Shown here: positions 63,043 to 64,000 of the stretch, in pieces
Layout of the letters: each line of letters begins with the position of its first letter
How positions within the stretch are numbered: position 1 is the stretch's first letter
From: Nitrosopumilus sp.
GTDB lineage: Archaea; Thermoproteota; Nitrososphaeria; Nitrososphaerales; Nitrosopumilaceae
Reading direction: 5' to 3'
NCBI GenBank assembly: GCA_965205675.1
Contig: OZ242186.1
Span: forward strand, 1,568,001-1,632,000
DNA: 64,000 nt
Translations under genes and position numbers: made by a program
The notes under the pieces: model-generated
The model's input: the letters and a program-made list of their open reading frames with translations, nothing else
What the model was told of the DNA's origin: nothing
Database searches by the model: none

Positions 63043-63275
63043 TGTCAAAAATTCCCAAAGTCACGGGTAATGTCATGATTAAATATTTGATCAAAAAAGG
63101 ATTTGTAATAACGCATAGAAAAGGAAGTCATGCAAGGCCAAGTACCAGTGATCTTTTTACAACTATTCTCGCAGGCAACTGCATCTTAAAGACCGGTACG
63201 ATGTTGACAATATACGACATAGGCATGACACGGAATGATTTTGTTACCGAGTATGACAGAGGAAATGTAAACTAA
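63042..63275 (+). CDS. hicA: HicA-family mRNA interferase (possibly degenerate)
   Basis: IKYLIKKGF...RKGSH...LKTGT; TAATG overlap with hicB. Confidence 0.78.
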   Translation: MSKIPKVTGNVMIKYLIKKGFVITHRKGSHARPSTSDLFTTILAGNCILKTGTMLTIYDIGMTRNDFVTEYDRGNVN

Positions 63276-63323
63276 CGTATTATAAAATGCTGTAATCGTA
63301 AAAATCAAAATAATCCAGTTTAG

Positions 63324-63718
63324 TATACCCCAGATCATAAGTCTTTTCAATTTATTGTTCTTGCAAAATACTGATACATATTCAAATTAAATTTGTGCGT
63401 TCTAAAATATTCCATAACTGTATACCTCATCTCATGAATAGATTCATAAAATTCTGATTCAACATTAACATGTTTGCACTGTCTCCAAATCTCTTCAATC
63501 ATACTCAAATGCAGGTTGGCAGTTTCAGCAATTGTGGATTCGTTGATCTTAATTATACACATTGCATGCAGTCTTTCCTTTTTCTTACCGTATTTTTCTT
63601 TTTTGTAGGCCTGGAGTAATTCGTCATTTGTGATGTCCATGAAATTATTTCTAACTACTGATCAAAAAGTATTGCTATTTGTTTTGAAAAATTGCAAAGA
63701 ATTATGCTCCGAGGTATA
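63324..63718 (-). mobile_element. Internally deleted IS630 copy
   Basis: Same TIRs as 53112-54205; in-frame join of the N- and C-termini (ORF 63347-63640). Confidence 0.85.
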
Positions 63719-63889
63719 AACACATGTGCAAAAATAAACATTCTACAACTTTGTCTTTTCGCTACAAGTGATGCAAAAAGAAGTATTGCTGGGTTAGCAG
63801 TACTTGCACATCTTTTTGAAAAATGTAAGGTATTTGAAAAAGAGTATGAGATAATATTTGACAGAGAAAAATTTCTAGTTCAAATAACA

Positions 63890-64000
63890 GACCTCTTGTG
63901 TAATTGCAGATAAAACCTCTTCTTTCATTGAATTTAATTTCAAATAATTTCTGAGATTATGGAATCACAACAAACTCTTGTTTCTGTCTTGTCTAAGTTG
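63890..64000 (-). mobile_element. Diverged IS5-family end running off the window
   Basis: AGACCTCTTG.GTAATT...CTTTCATTGAATTTAATTTCAAATAATTTCT. Confidence 0.75.

Noticed and set aside
1-64000. CRISPR array or cas genes
   Set aside because: No regularly spaced repeat-spacer series; recurring sequences are IS ends.

Overview
AT-rich genome segment from an ammonia-oxidising archaeon (Nitrosopumilaceae-like thaumarchaeote). Conserved core blocks are the non-oxidative pentose-phosphate operon, the gltX/isoprenoid/rps2/eno/rpoN block, translin-nnrE-cobT-glmS-rps4-rps13, MCO-ZIP-CDF metal genes, endA, rpl10e, rpl15e and tRNA-His/Leu/Glu. These alternate with three IS-riddled accessory regions (~15.9-32.5 kb, ~47.5-55.6 kb, ~58.5-64 kb) carrying IS3, IS5, IS66, IS630 and ISH3 copies, MITEs and gene relics. 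Island 1 carries a secreted S1 protease, a 1598-aa multidomain S8 subtilase and an overlapping serpin. This gene set, the IS expansion and a multiply disrupted pyrE suggest (inference) a host-associated, possibly sponge-symbiotic, lineage undergoing genome erosion. The most striking observation is an apparently intact fusion of a ribosomal protein eS27-like Zn ribbon to a PIN ribonuclease domain (61891-62565). It lies directly downstream of a type I restriction-modification hsdS relic and beside hicBA, making it a candidate ribosome-targeting defence effector. Other notable items: an RNase H2 paralogue with an RNase HIII-like N-terminal domain and altered junction-recognition residues, a conserved leader motif shared by two unrelated secreted proteins, and a 19-bp-phased array of TTAG-N6-NTAA boxes upstream of the MCO/ZIP operon. 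All calls come from motif reading by eye; no database searches were run.
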